DNA of 64,000 nucleotides from Verrucomicrobiota bacterium. GTDB taxonomy: Bacteria > Verrucomicrobiota > Verrucomicrobiia > Limisphaerales > JADLHS01. The notes below the pieces were generated by a model, which saw only the letters and a program-made list of their open reading frames with translations, searched no databases and was not told the origin of the DNA. Shown in pieces: positions 1-8,786 of the stretch. The stretch lies in contig JABFSR010000015.1 in assembly GCA_013140495.1 (NCBI GenBank), positions 11,210 to 75,209 of the forward strand. Reading direction: 5' to 3'. Within the stretch, counting starts at the first letter, position 1; every line of letters starts with the position of its first letter. Made by a program: the position numbers and the translations under genes.

Positions 1-1
1 A

Positions 2-1753
2 TTCGGCACGAACTACCTCACCGTAAGGTTGCAGGATAATGGTTCAACAACCCTGGGTGGTACGAACGCCTCAGCGCCACAAAGCTTCAGCATCATCGCC
101 ACGCCGGTGAATGATGCACCGTCGCTCGGCGCCATTGCCGCACAGACAATCAACGAGGACAGCGGCACGAACACGATCAACTTCACGGTGAACGATCCTG
201 ACGGCACCGTCACGAACATCACCGTTACCGCCACGTCTGGGAACACAAACCTCGTCACGGTCAGCACGGGCGGAACAGCGACGAATCGCACGCTCCAGGC
301 TGTCACTGTCACCAACGCCACGGGTGCAACAACCATCACACTCATCACAGACGACGGATCAGCCTCGCGCACGAACACATTCCTGCTCACCGTCGCGCCG
401 GTGAACGATGCGCCAAGCTTCACGCTCACGACGAATTATCTCCGCGTCACCAAATTCGGCACGGTGCAGACGGTGGCAAACTTCGCGACCAACATCTCTG
501 CCGGACCGACAAACGAAGCTGCGCAGAAACTCACGTTTGTCGTCACGACAACGAACGCCGCGTTCTTTAGCAAGCCACCGGTGATTGCGGCCAACGGCAC
601 CTTGACCTTTACGGCTGGTGGACAATCCGGCAGCAATTATGTGACGGTGCGGCTCACGGACAACGGCGGATTCGCGCATGGCGGAACGAACAGCTCCGCA
701 TCGCAGACTTTCGTGGTCTATTCGCCGGCAAATCCCTACAACGTCCTCAAAGGCACGTTCAATGGATTGTTCTATAATACTTCCACCTTTGGCCCGGAAT
801 CCTCCGGTTACTTCACGTTTGTGATGACCGCGAATGGCACGTTCAGCGGCTCGGTCAACATGGGCGGCACGTATGCCATGTCCGGCCAGTTCGACAGCGC
901 GGGCGTGGCGAACATCAATGTTGCACGCGCGGGCACCAATGCGCTGGCTGTCGCGATGAGCCTGGACTTGAGCACGAACTTCACGGAAACGGTCAACGGC
1001 ACTGTGAGCAATGGCACATGGACGGCAACACTGGCGGGCGACCGTGCACCGTTCAACGCGGTTAACAATCCTGCCCCACAGGCTGGAAAATACACACTCG
1101 TATTCGACATCAGCCTCGGTGGTCCCCCGGCGGGCGTTGGTTTTGGAACGGTCAGCGTGGATACGGCGGGCAAGGTCAAGTTTGCCGGAACTCTCGGTGA
1201 CGGCACGGTCGTGTCTCAAAGCTCTTCCATCTCCCGCAACGGCGAATGGCCGCTCTACGTCTCGCTCTACAAGAAGAAAGGGCTGGCCATCGGATGGATG
1301 ACGATTACGAACGCGGGTCAATCAACAACACTGGGTCAGTATTACTGGCACAAGGATGCCGATTCTAACGCAGTTTTCTACCCGTCCGGATTTGATGTCA
1401 CTCAAAGTGCATTGAGTTCAACGTTCACTCCCGCGAGCGCTGGCACGCGTGTTGTCAACGCGCCGACCGGCACGGCGGAAATGCGTTACGGCGGTCTGTC
1501 GGCGGATTTCGCGAGCGGCATCACGCTCTCCACGAACAATATCATCACAGTTGATGCGCCTGCGACGAACGCCCTGACATTGAGTGTGTCGGCTTCGAGC
1601 GGATTGATCACCGGGAGTTTCACCCACCCGGACACTGGCAAGAAGGTCTCCGTGAAAGGCGTGGTCATACAACAGACCGGTGGGGCGGTGGGTTTCGATG
1701 CCCTTGGCCTGTTCGTCAGCACGAATCAGACTGGTTTGTTCCGGTTGCAATAA
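2..1753 (+). CDS. Large secreted repeat/adhesin-like protein (cadherin-like/VCBS-type modules), 5'-truncated by the window edge
   Basis: Frame is open from the window start. FGTNYLTVRLQDNG upstream of the first Met repeats the later SNYVTVRLTDNGG module. Recurrent PVNDAPS(L/F) module boundaries and T/N/G/S-rich composition. Stop at 1751-1753 is followed by a hairpin terminator. Confidence 0.7.
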   Translation, partial: FGTNYLTVRLQDNGSTTLGGTNASAPQSFSIIATPVNDAPSLGAIAAQTINEDSGTNTINFTVNDPDGTVTNITVTATSGNTNLVTVSTGGTATNRTLQAVTVTNATGATTITLITDDGSASRTNTFLLTVAPVNDAPSFTLTTNYLRVTKFGTVQTVANFATNISAGPTNEAAQKLTFVVTTTNAAFFSKPPVIAANGTLTFTAGGQSGSNYVTVRLTDNGGFAHGGTNSSASQTFVVYSPANPYNVLKGTFNGLFYNTSTFGPESSGYFTFVMTANGTFSGSVNMGGTYAMSGQFDSAGVANINVARAGTNALAVAMSLDLSTNFTETVNGTVSNGTWTATLAGDRAPFNAVNNPAPQAGKYTLVFDISLGGPPAGVGFGTVSVDTAGKVKFAGTLGDGTVVSQSSSISRNGEWPLYVSLYKKKGLAIGWMTITNAGQSTTLGQYYWHKDADSNAVFYPSGFDVTQSALSSTFTPASAGTRVVNAPTGTAEMRYGGLSADFASGITLSTNNIITVDAPATNALTLSVSASSGLITGSFTHPDTGKKVSVKGVVIQQTGGAVGFDALGLFVSTNQTGLFRLQ

Positions 1754-1770
1754 CGAACAGGTGCTTTCAC

Positions 1771-1808
1771 AAAACGCCCGCCGGGAAACCGGCGGGCGTT
1801 TTGGTTTT
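1771..1808. terminator. Bidirectional hairpin terminator between convergent genes
   Basis: AACGCCCGCCGG-GAAA-CCGGCGGGCGTT, a perfect 12-bp GC-rich stem, followed by TTGGTTTT and preceded by an A-run. Confidence 0.6.
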
Positions 1809-1854
1809 CCAAAATGAAGATGCGCTGGAGATTACAATGAATTGTCTTCGCCGG

Positions 1855-3222
1855 CTACGCCAGTTCCCGCCACAACATTGCGCCCATGCGCTGGCCACCT
1901 TCAAATACGTCGAGATCAAATTTCTCGTTCGGCGAATGGGCGTTGTCATCCGGCAACGCCAGTCCCAGCAGAAGCGTGTCCGCGCCGAGAACTTTCTTGA
2001 ACTGGTTGACGATCGGGATCGAGCCGCCCTCGCGCAACAACACCGGTTCGCGCCGGAACGCGTTCTTCAATGCCCGCAGCGCAGCTTGTGCGTCGGCGCT
2101 TTGAGGCGACACCATGTAAGGCTCTGCACCGTGACCTGCCTTGACTTCGATGCGGACGCCCGGCGGACAATTCTTTTCAAAAAATGCGCGCACTGACTTG
2201 ATGATGTGCGCCGGCTCCTGATCAGGTACAAGCCGCACAGTGATTTTTGCCTTGGCCCATGCGGGCACAATCGTCTTGCTGCCTTCGCCCTGATAGCCGC
2301 TCGTCAACCCGTTGATCTCGAAAGTTGGACGCGCGCTGCGCTGCTCGTCCGGCGTGAAGCCGTGTTCGCCGAACAGTTCCGGCACTCCGAGAAACTTCCG
2401 GTACTTGTTCCGGTTGAACGGAAGCCGCGCCAGTTGTTTGCGTTCAAATTTGGTGAGTGCCACGACGTCTTTGTAGAATCCTGGAATCCTGATCCGGCCT
2501 TTGTCGTCGTGAATGGTTGCGAGCAGGCGGCTCAAGGCCATCGCAGGATTCTGCAGCGAACCGCCGAAGATGCCGGAGTGCAGGTCGCGCGAGGGACCGT
2601 GCAACGTGATTTCAAACGCCGCAATGCCGCGCAGCGCGTAGGTGAGTGCGGGAAGATTCTTCGCAGGCATGCCCGTGTCCGAAACCACTACGGCGTCGCA
2701 ACGCAGTTCGTCCCTGTGTTCCTGTAAAAAACCCGCGAGACTTTTGCTGCCGACTTCCTCCTCGCCCTCGATGACGAATGTGAGATCGCACGGCAGTTCC
2801 GTTCCGGTTTTCAAATAGGCTTCAACGGCTTTGAGGTGCGCAAGATTCTGGCCTTTGTTGTCGCTCGCACCGCGACCGAACAACGAGCGTCCGCGAATCG
2901 TCGGCTGAAACGGCGGCGTGGTCCAAAGTTCAAAGGGCTCGGGCGGCTGAACGTCGTAGTGACCATAGACCATGAAATGCCGACGGCGCGCGACGGTTTT
3001 TTTGCGCGGCGTTTTGGCGACGACAATGGGATTTCCATCGGTGGGGCAAAGACGCGCTTCGAGTCCGATGTCGCGGCAATGATTGACGAGCCACTCGGCA
3101 CAGGCGCGCGTGTCGCCGGCGTGTTGGGGTTGGGCGGAGACGCTGCGGAAGCGGACATAGTGGCAAAGTTCGTCCACGAAGCGGGACTGGTTGCGTTCGA
3201 GATAATTCAGGACGGATTCCAT
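1855..3222 (-). CDS. M20-family metallopeptidase (dipeptidase/ArgE-DapE-CPG2 family)
   Basis: HFMVYGHYDVQPP...LFGRGASDNKGQ and GEEEVGS motifs typical of M20. Start set at the internal ATG (MESVLNYLE), because the longer N-terminus is a translation of repeat family A. Confidence 0.85.
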   Translation of the reverse strand: MESVLNYLERNQSRFVDELCHYVRFRSVSAQPQHAGDTRACAEWLVNHCRDIGLEARLCPTDGNPIVVAKTPRKKTVARRRHFMVYGHYDVQPPEPFELWTTPPFQPTIRGRSLFGRGASDNKGQNLAHLKAVEAYLKTGTELPCDLTFVIEGEEEVGSKSLAGFLQEHRDELRCDAVVVSDTGMPAKNLPALTYALRGIAAFEITLHGPSRDLHSGIFGGSLQNPAMALSRLLATIHDDKGRIRIPGFYKDVVALTKFERKQLARLPFNRNKYRKFLGVPELFGEHGFTPDEQRSARPTFEINGLTSGYQGEGSKTIVPAWAKAKITVRLVPDQEPAHIIKSVRAFFEKNCPPGVRIEVKAGHGAEPYMVSPQSADAQAALRALKNAFRREPVLLREGGSIPIVNQFKKVLGADTLLLGLALPDDNAHSPNEKFDLDVFEGGQRMGAMLWRELA

Positions 3223-3308
3223 TCGCGGGAGTATTCGGAAACGGCGGAGAAAGCCAAGCGGATAGAAACAGTCCGGAGTCTGGAGTCCAAAGTCCGTGGC
3301 GAGGAAAG

Positions 3309-3464
3309 TTCCAACATCCAAACACCAAGCTCCAACAATGAATCGGCGGTAGGCGTGTCATTCCATACCGGTCGTTCTTGATTCACACGGAGCGGCACGC
3401 CCTGCCATTACGGTCTTTTTGGAGCTTGGTGTTTCTCTGGAGCTTGGATGTTGGTGCTTGGAGC
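3309..3464. repeat. Palindromic repeat family A, copy 1 (core GGAGCTTGGATGTTGGTG at 3439-3456)
   Basis: Right arm 3421-3464. Left arm 3309-3337 is its imperfect reverse complement. The 18-nt core is identical at 21530-21547 and 32693-32710. Confidence 0.75.
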
Positions 3465-3548
3465 TTTTTTGTTTATCTCCTTGGCCGCCACGACAGCATG
3501 AGATTACGATCAAGGCGAAGATTACGAGTCAGAGGGAAACAAAAGCGC

Positions 3549-4085
3549 ATGGCAAAGAACATCGTCTATTTCGATCTCGAAACACAGAAGTCCGCCGACG
3601 AGGTGGGGGGGTGGGACAAGATCAACCGCATGGGCATGAGTGTGGGCGTGACTTACAGCACTGCGCGCGGCGATTATTGCATCTACGGAGAAAAGCAGGT
3701 TAACGATCTTCTCTCGGAGTTGCAGCGTGCTGATCTGGTCGTGGGATTCAACATACTGCGCTTCGATTATGAGGTGCTTCATGGTTACACGCCGTATGAT
3801 CTTACACAGCTTCCCACGCTCGACATGCTGGTGGAGTTGCAGAACACGCTGAATCATCGTCTCTCACTTGACTCGATTGCCACCGCGACATTTGGCGTGG
3901 AAAAGACCGCCGAAGGTTTGCAGGCCATCGAGTGGTTCAAGCAGGGGAAACTGGCCGAGATCGCGGAGTATTGCTGCTACGACGTGAAGATCACAAAACT
4001 CGTCCACGAACACGGCGTGAACCACCGTCAGTTGCATTACATGAACCGGTTTGGAAAAAAGCTTACAGTTCCGGTGAAGTGGTGA
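3549..4085 (+). CDS. DEDD-type 3'-5' exonuclease fold protein (RNase H-like, PolB-exo related)
   Basis: VYFDLET (DxE), GFNILRFDYEVL and YCCYDVKIT (YxxxD) motifs in the correct order. ATG at 3549. The upstream part of the ORF is repeat-derived. Confidence 0.7.
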   Translation: MAKNIVYFDLETQKSADEVGGWDKINRMGMSVGVTYSTARGDYCIYGEKQVNDLLSELQRADLVVGFNILRFDYEVLHGYTPYDLTQLPTLDMLVELQNTLNHRLSLDSIATATFGVEKTAEGLQAIEWFKQGKLAEIAEYCCYDVKITKLVHEHGVNHRQLHYMNRFGKKLTVPVKW

Positions 4086-4133
4086 AATTAGCGGGCATTG
4101 AAAAAAACTCCGGCTGCCCTTAGCCTTGCATCC

Positions 4134-5015
4134 ATGCTCGAAGATCGGGAATACATGCGCGCATCGCAGCACCGGAACGGAATGTCGGTGACTCTTAAAC
4201 TCGTCATCATTCTGGCGACAGCATTTAGCCTGCAATGTATCAACGATGTGTACCTGAAAGCCAACGTCGAACACTGGTTTGCGCTGACACGCCAAGGATT
4301 CGGCCACGGCTGGCTGTGGCAACTGCTCTCGTTTCAATTTCTCCACCAGAATCTGACTCACATAATCTTCAATCTAATCTCCCTTTGGATGTTTGGCCGT
4401 TTTGTTGAAAATGTTTTGGGAACAAAACGCTTTCTGGTCGCGATGTTTGGTTGCGGCGTGGTGGGTGGGTTGCTCCAAGGCGCGTTGATGCTGTTGTTTC
4501 CTCTGCACTATGGATTTGTCGTGGTGGGTGCGTCGGCGGGTGTGTCCGGTCTCATTGCCATTTTCTGCCTCATCCAAAGAGATTCGGAGGTGCGTTTGAA
4601 CTTCATCCTCCCGGTTCCCGCAATCGCTCTGTTTTGGCTGCTGCTTGGCATTTCTCTATTTTTCACGCTCGTGCCGACGTCCCGTGAAATGGGTGTCGCC
4701 CACGCCGCACATCTCGGCGGTTTGCTGGCGGGCGTTGCGTGGGTGAAGTTCGGCTGGCATCACGACTTTAATCAATTGCCTTGGGAACGTTGGTTCACAA
4801 TGCACAGAGGCGCAGACTCTCGAAAATCAAGACGCCCGTCCGCTGGTCCATCGCGCCGATCTGGTTCGGCAGAGGGACGTGAGTCAGCCGAAACTTTTAT
4901 CAGCACCGACGTGGACGCCATTCTCGACAAAATCTCCGCCCAAGGCATCCAAAGCCTGACCGACGCAGAGCGGAAGGTTCTCGAAGCCGCCCGCAAGAAG
5001 ATGGGCAGTAAATGA
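4134..5015 (+). CDS. Rhomboid-family intramembrane serine protease
   Basis: Multiple TM helices, GASAGVSGL (GxSG catalytic Ser) and HAAHLGGLLAG (catalytic His) motifs, plus a soluble C-terminal tail. Confidence 0.8.
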   Translation: MLEDREYMRASQHRNGMSVTLKLVIILATAFSLQCINDVYLKANVEHWFALTRQGFGHGWLWQLLSFQFLHQNLTHIIFNLISLWMFGRFVENVLGTKRFLVAMFGCGVVGGLLQGALMLLFPLHYGFVVVGASAGVSGLIAIFCLIQRDSEVRLNFILPVPAIALFWLLLGISLFFTLVPTSREMGVAHAAHLGGLLAGVAWVKFGWHHDFNQLPWERWFTMHRGADSRKSRRPSAGPSRRSGSAEGRESAETFISTDVDAILDKISAQGIQSLTDAERKVLEAARKKMGSK

Positions 5016-5099
5016 GTTTCAATTGCAGTCTTTTGCCAGCTTGTTTTGATCCCGCTTTAATTTCTTTTGCGCGCAACGATTGCCGCTATAATCCCCGGG

Positions 5100-6173
5100 A
5101 TGTTCAAGACGCAAGATTTGCATGTCCGCGAAATTGTCCGGCTTTCCCCACCCCGTGTGGTGAAGACGGCGTTTCCCGCCACTCCTGAAGCCACAGCTAC
5201 GGTTGCCATGAGCCGGGAAAGGATCATCCGCATTCTTAACCAGGAGGATCCGCGTCTGCTGGTGGTGGTAGGCCCGTGTTCAATTCACGATGAACGAAGC
5301 GCGATGGAATTTGCCGGGCGACTTAATGTCCTTCGCAAGGAGCTTTCAGATCGGCTGGAAGTAGTCATGCGCGTTTATTTTGAGAAACCGCGCACCACCA
5401 TCGGATGGAAGGGATTGATCAACGATCCGCACCTGGATGGCACTCAGGACATCGAGGCAGGTTTGAAGATCGCGCGACGGATGCTCGTGCAGATTGCCGG
5501 CATGGGTTTGCCTGCTGCCACGGAATTTCTGGATCCGATCGTGCCGCAATACATCGCTGACCTGATCAGTTGGGCAGCCATTGGAGCGCGCACCACGGAA
5601 TCGCAGACGCATCGCGAGATGGCCAGCGGCCTTTCGATGCCCGTAGGTTACAAGAATGCCACTGACGGCGGGTTGCAGGTGGCGATTGATGCGATGGGCG
5701 CGGCGCGGCACCGGCACAGCTTTCTAGGTCTTGACGAAGACGGCGCGATCAGCATCGTCCGCACAACGGGCAATCCCAACGGTCACGTCGTTCTTCGGGG
5801 CGGACGTGCGCGAACGAATTATGATGCCGCGAGCATCGCGGATGCGGAAGCAACTCTCACCAAGTACAAGCTGCCCGCCGTGATGATGGTGGATTGCAGC
5901 CACGCAAACTCGGAGAAGAAGCATGCCCGACAGGAGGACGTATGGCGCAGTGTGATAGAACAACGCGCGAACGGCACACGTTCGGTCATCGGCGTGATGG
6001 TTGAGAGCCATATTCATGAGGGCAGCCAGCCCTTTCCGAAGCCTGCCAAGGAATTGCAGTACGGCGTTTCAATCACCGACGCCTGCTTGAATTGGGAGAC
6101 CACCGAACGCATGTTGCGCCGGGGTCACGAACAACTCGGTGGCAGGCTTGCCGCAGCAGCGGTTGCCGGATAG
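5100..6173 (+). CDS. aroG: 3-deoxy-7-phosphoheptulonate (DAHP) synthase, class I
   Basis: [35 protein letters not shown] and [10 protein letters not shown] signature blocks. Confidence 0.9.
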   Translation: MFKTQDLHVREIVRLSPPRVVKTAFPATPEATATVAMSRERIIRILNQEDPRLLVVVGPCSIHDERSAMEFAGRLNVLRKELSDRLEVVMRVYFEKPRTTIGWKGLINDPHLDGTQDIEAGLKIARRMLVQIAGMGLPAATEFLDPIVPQYIADLISWAAIGARTTESQTHREMASGLSMPVGYKNATDGGLQVAIDAMGAARHRHSFLGLDEDGAISIVRTTGNPNGHVVLRGGRARTNYDAASIADAEATLTKYKLPAVMMVDCSHANSEKKHARQEDVWRSVIEQRANGTRSVIGVMVESHIHEGSQPFPKPAKELQYGVSITDACLNWETTERMLRRGHEQLGGRLAAAAVAG

Positions 6174-6184
6174 TTTTGTTTTGT

Positions 6185-6261
6185 GCGTCTGTAGCTCAGT
6201 TGGATAGAGCATCTGCCTTCTAAGCAGAGGGTCGTGGGTTCGAATCCCGCCAGACGCACCA
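6185..6261 (+). tRNA. tRNA-Arg (anticodon TCT), CCA encoded
   Basis: Acceptor GCGTCTG/CAGACGC, U8-A9, D arm GCTC-AGTTGGATA-GAGC. Anticodon stem TCTGC/GCAGA with loop CTTCTAA. T arm GTGGG-TTCGAAT-CCCGC, then A-CCA. Confidence 0.9.
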
Positions 6262-6326
6262 CTCTCAAATGCGGATTGCAGATTGCGGATTGAGGAATGT
6301 CAGACAGGCTATGATTGCCACTCGCC

Positions 6327-7214
6327 ATGCTCACACTTGAACACCTTGCGGAATTGTTGAAAAAAAATGGCGCAGCCGCAGCCGCGCGCGTGAAGGAATT
6401 CTCCATCGGCGGCAGATTGTTCGCCTTCAACTCGTGCCCGGCGATCATGGGTGTGGTCAATCTCTCGGCGGATTCGTGGTATCGCGAGAGTGTCTGCCTC
6501 ACGGCGGAAAGTGCCATCCAACGCGGGCGTGTTCTTGTTGCTCAAGGCGCGGATATTGTGGACATCGGCGCGGAATCCACGCTGGCCAACGCGGCGCGGG
6601 TGGATGACGCCGGTCAGAATTCCAAACTCCTGCCGGTGATCAAAACGTTGCGTGCGGCAAACCTTCTGGTGTCCGTCGAGACGTATCAACCTGCGGTCAC
6701 CCGCGCATGTCTCGAAGTGGGCGCGAATATTCTCAATCTTACCGGCACAGATGGCAGCGATGAATTGTTCCGGATGGTCGCGGCGCATGATGCCGCCGTC
6801 ATCATCTGCTACGTGCAGGGCAAAAATGTCCGCGAGGTAGGCGACTTCGATTTGAGCGCGGACCCGATTCCGATGATGCACGATTATTTCTCGCGACAAA
6901 TCGAACTGGCACAACGCAACGGGGTTGAACGCATCGTCATTGATCCAGGACTGGGCTTCTATTATCGAAATCTGCAGGACAGCGCGGTGCGGGTGCGGCA
7001 TCAGATGAAGGTTTTTCTGAACTCGTTCAGACTGCGCACGCTGGGTTTTCCGATCTGCCACGCCCTGCCGCACGCCTTCGAGTATTTCGGCGACGAGGTG
7101 CGCTCCGCCGAACCGTTCTTTGCGGTGCTCGCGGCGCTTGGGAAAACGGATTTGTTCCGCACGCACGAAGTCCCGCGCATCAAGGCGGTGCTGGACACGA
7201 TGAAGATTTTTTGA
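6327..7214 (+). CDS. Dihydropteroate synthase-like pterin-binding protein
   Basis: IMGVVNLSADSWY, GADIVDIGAEST and IDPGLGF blocks match the DHPS/pterin-binding barrel. It diverges from canonical FolP, so the substrate is uncertain. Confidence 0.65.
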   Translation: MLTLEHLAELLKKNGAAAAARVKEFSIGGRLFAFNSCPAIMGVVNLSADSWYRESVCLTAESAIQRGRVLVAQGADIVDIGAESTLANAARVDDAGQNSKLLPVIKTLRAANLLVSVETYQPAVTRACLEVGANILNLTGTDGSDELFRMVAAHDAAVIICYVQGKNVREVGDFDLSADPIPMMHDYFSRQIELAQRNGVERIVIDPGLGFYYRNLQDSAVRVRHQMKVFLNSFRLRTLGFPICHALPHAFEYFGDEVRSAEPFFAVLAALGKTDLFRTHEVPRIKAVLDTMKIF

Positions 7215-7371
7215 AAACGAATAGGTCGCGCGAAGACCGAGAAGGAAGCGCGAATGGGATTTAACAAAGGCCTTGCAGACCAAACCAAAACGCGCAAACT
7301 CAAACCATGAACCTGAGTAACGACAATGTTGTTGCTCAATCAGAATGTTCGTCCACTCGACACGCTCACAC

Positions 7372-7857
7372 ATGCTCAAGCTTTACAAGTTCGCGGATGG
7401 CTCAAAGTCTTATTGGGAGACTTGGGAGGACGATGGCGTGCATACGATTCATTGGGGCGCACTGGGCACGCGGGGCAGATCAAGGGAGGTGCGTTCGTTT
7501 TTCTTCAAGAAGGCGTCCGACACAGTTCAGAAGGAGATAGACCAGAAGATGGGTGAGGGGTTTGAGCCGATAGAGGCTGATGACCATGCGACACTATTGA
7601 TTGAGTTTGCAGTGAACGGCATGGGAAGCAACACGGACCTTGAGAAGCGACATCGCCTCCAAGAGCGGATGGATGAGACGCTCGGTTGGTCAGGGCTCGG
7701 TCACTGTGACGGAGGCAGCATTGGTAGCGGGACGATGGAGGTATGTTGCTATGTTGTGGATTTTGACATTGCCAAGAGTGTTATCGAAGCCGACCTCAAA
7801 GACACAGAGTTCGGCAACTACACACGGATTTATCGTGAGGGCGAAATGGTCTCCTGA
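7372..7857 (+). CDS. Hypothetical protein with WGR-like N-terminus
   Basis: YWETWEDDGVHTIHWGALGTRGRSRE resembles the WGR motif region. Clean ATG start and protein-like composition. Confidence 0.5.
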   Translation: MLKLYKFADGSKSYWETWEDDGVHTIHWGALGTRGRSREVRSFFFKKASDTVQKEIDQKMGEGFEPIEADDHATLLIEFAVNGMGSNTDLEKRHRLQERMDETLGWSGLGHCDGGSIGSGTMEVCCYVVDFDIAKSVIEADLKDTEFGNYTRIYREGEMVS

Positions 7858-7979
7858 GAAACTAGCCAGTAAGTGATTGGTTTTCATGGCAGGGGTACGA
7901 GTTGGTAGTTAAGGGACGCGACCATGTTGTGGAGGCTTTGGAGCTTCTTCCGTTACATCTTCTTTTCCTCCTTCGCGTC

Positions 7980-8071
7980 CTTCGCGCGACACCAAATCTT
8001 TTCCGGCGGCAAAGGAACACGCCTTCCTCCTCCGACTTGGTGATCCACTCGCCGCAAACGAGCAAGCCGTG
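7980..8071 (-). pseudogene. Decayed copy of the 3' end of the EgtD-like methyltransferase gene
   Basis: 79/92 nt identical to 8770-8861. It would encode HGLLVCGEWITKSEEEGVFLCRRK versus HGLLVCDQWITKSGEEGVFLCGRK. The stop codon is lost (TCA becomes TCT on the + strand). Confidence 0.65.
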
Positions 8072-8119
8072 ATTGCTCTTAACCCGGGTCGCAGCTAAAG
8101 TCTTGTCGCAACGAAGCGC

Positions 8120-8308
8120 ATGAAAATCACCGACGACTATAAAGCCAAGTATCGGTTGTGGGCAGCCAACCCACGCGTGATCGCCGCGTCCGCGCCTCCC
8201 AAACTGCCCAAGTTCGCAAGCCGCAAGTTTTCCTCCCATGCCGAAATGAATGAATGGAAGCGAAACCTGCTTCGCGAAATTGCTCACGTCACTGCATCTC
8301 ATGGATGA
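8120..8308 (+). CDS. Small protein, putative antitoxin-like partner of the downstream nucleotidyltransferase
   Basis: 62 aa. Its stop overlaps the downstream start (ATGGATGA, 8301-8308), implying translational coupling. Confidence 0.5.
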   Translation: MKITDDYKAKYRLWAANPRVIAASAPPKLPKFASRKFSSHAEMNEWKRNLLREIAHVTASHG

Positions 8309-8753
8309 TCTGTTTCAAGCCTTTGACAAAGCGGGCGTGCGCTATCTTTTGATCGGCGGTCAGGCAATGCGTCTTTTCGGGATGCCACGCTATTCGATGG
8401 ACTGGGATTTCCTGATCCCGCCACGTGATGCGCAGAATTTTTCCAAACTAAACGATGTGCTGGACGCAGAATTCGATGTTCCTCTGGAAATGCTCGGCCC
8501 GAATGGCGAAAACTTTGTCCAAACCTACCAGACCCGATGGGGCGTGCTGCAATTTCATCTCGGGATTCCGGGCGTGCCGCGATTTGACGCTGCCGAAAGC
8601 GCTGGTGTAATCCGCCAAACAGAGAACGGAACTGCGGTCAAATGTCTTTCGGGTCCGAACCTGTTGGCGGCCAAGAAAGCTGCGGCACGTCCTCAAGATC
8701 AAGCCGACATTGAATTTCTCATGGAGCTTCAACGCCTCGGAAAGTTGACTTGA
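8301..8753 (+). CDS. Minimal nucleotidyltransferase (MNT-type) fold protein
   Basis: LLIGGQAMRLFGMPRYSMDWDFLI fits hG[GS]-x13-DhDh of minimal NTases. About 150 aa, coupled to the upstream small ORF. Confidence 0.6.
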   Translation: MDDLFQAFDKAGVRYLLIGGQAMRLFGMPRYSMDWDFLIPPRDAQNFSKLNDVLDAEFDVPLEMLGPNGENFVQTYQTRWGVLQFHLGIPGVPRFDAAESAGVIRQTENGTAVKCLSGPNLLAAKKAAARPQDQADIEFLMELQRLGKLT

Positions 8754-8786
8754 TTATTTTCTCCGCCAGCTTCGCGCGATACCAAA

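Noticed and set aside
3309-3464. Possibility that the GGAGCTTGG-type repeats (also at 21424 and 32612) are CRISPR arrays
   Set aside because: There are only two inverted arms per locus, no regularly spaced direct repeats or spacers, and no cas genes in the window.
3378-3548. Long N-terminal extension of the exonuclease ORF (and the 3321 start of the M20 peptidase ORF)
   Set aside because: These extensions translate repeat family A (WSLVFLWSLDVGAWSF). Internal ATGs give family-typical N-termini.
6271-6297. GCGGATTGCAGATTGCGGATTG low-complexity repeat after tRNA-Arg (a similar GGATTGCGGATTG occurs at 22738)
   Set aside because: Short, simple-sequence-like motif with too little information in this window to assign a function.
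6309-7379. 356-aa minus-strand ORF covering the whole DHPS-like gene
   Set aside because: An Arg/His-rich antisense shadow ORF typical of high-GC DNA. The plus-strand frame carries clear pterin-binding motifs.
7862-8302. 146-aa minus-strand ORF
   Set aside because: It is a read-through of the decayed egtD-like 3' fragment plus antisense of the small plus-strand ORF, not an independent gene.
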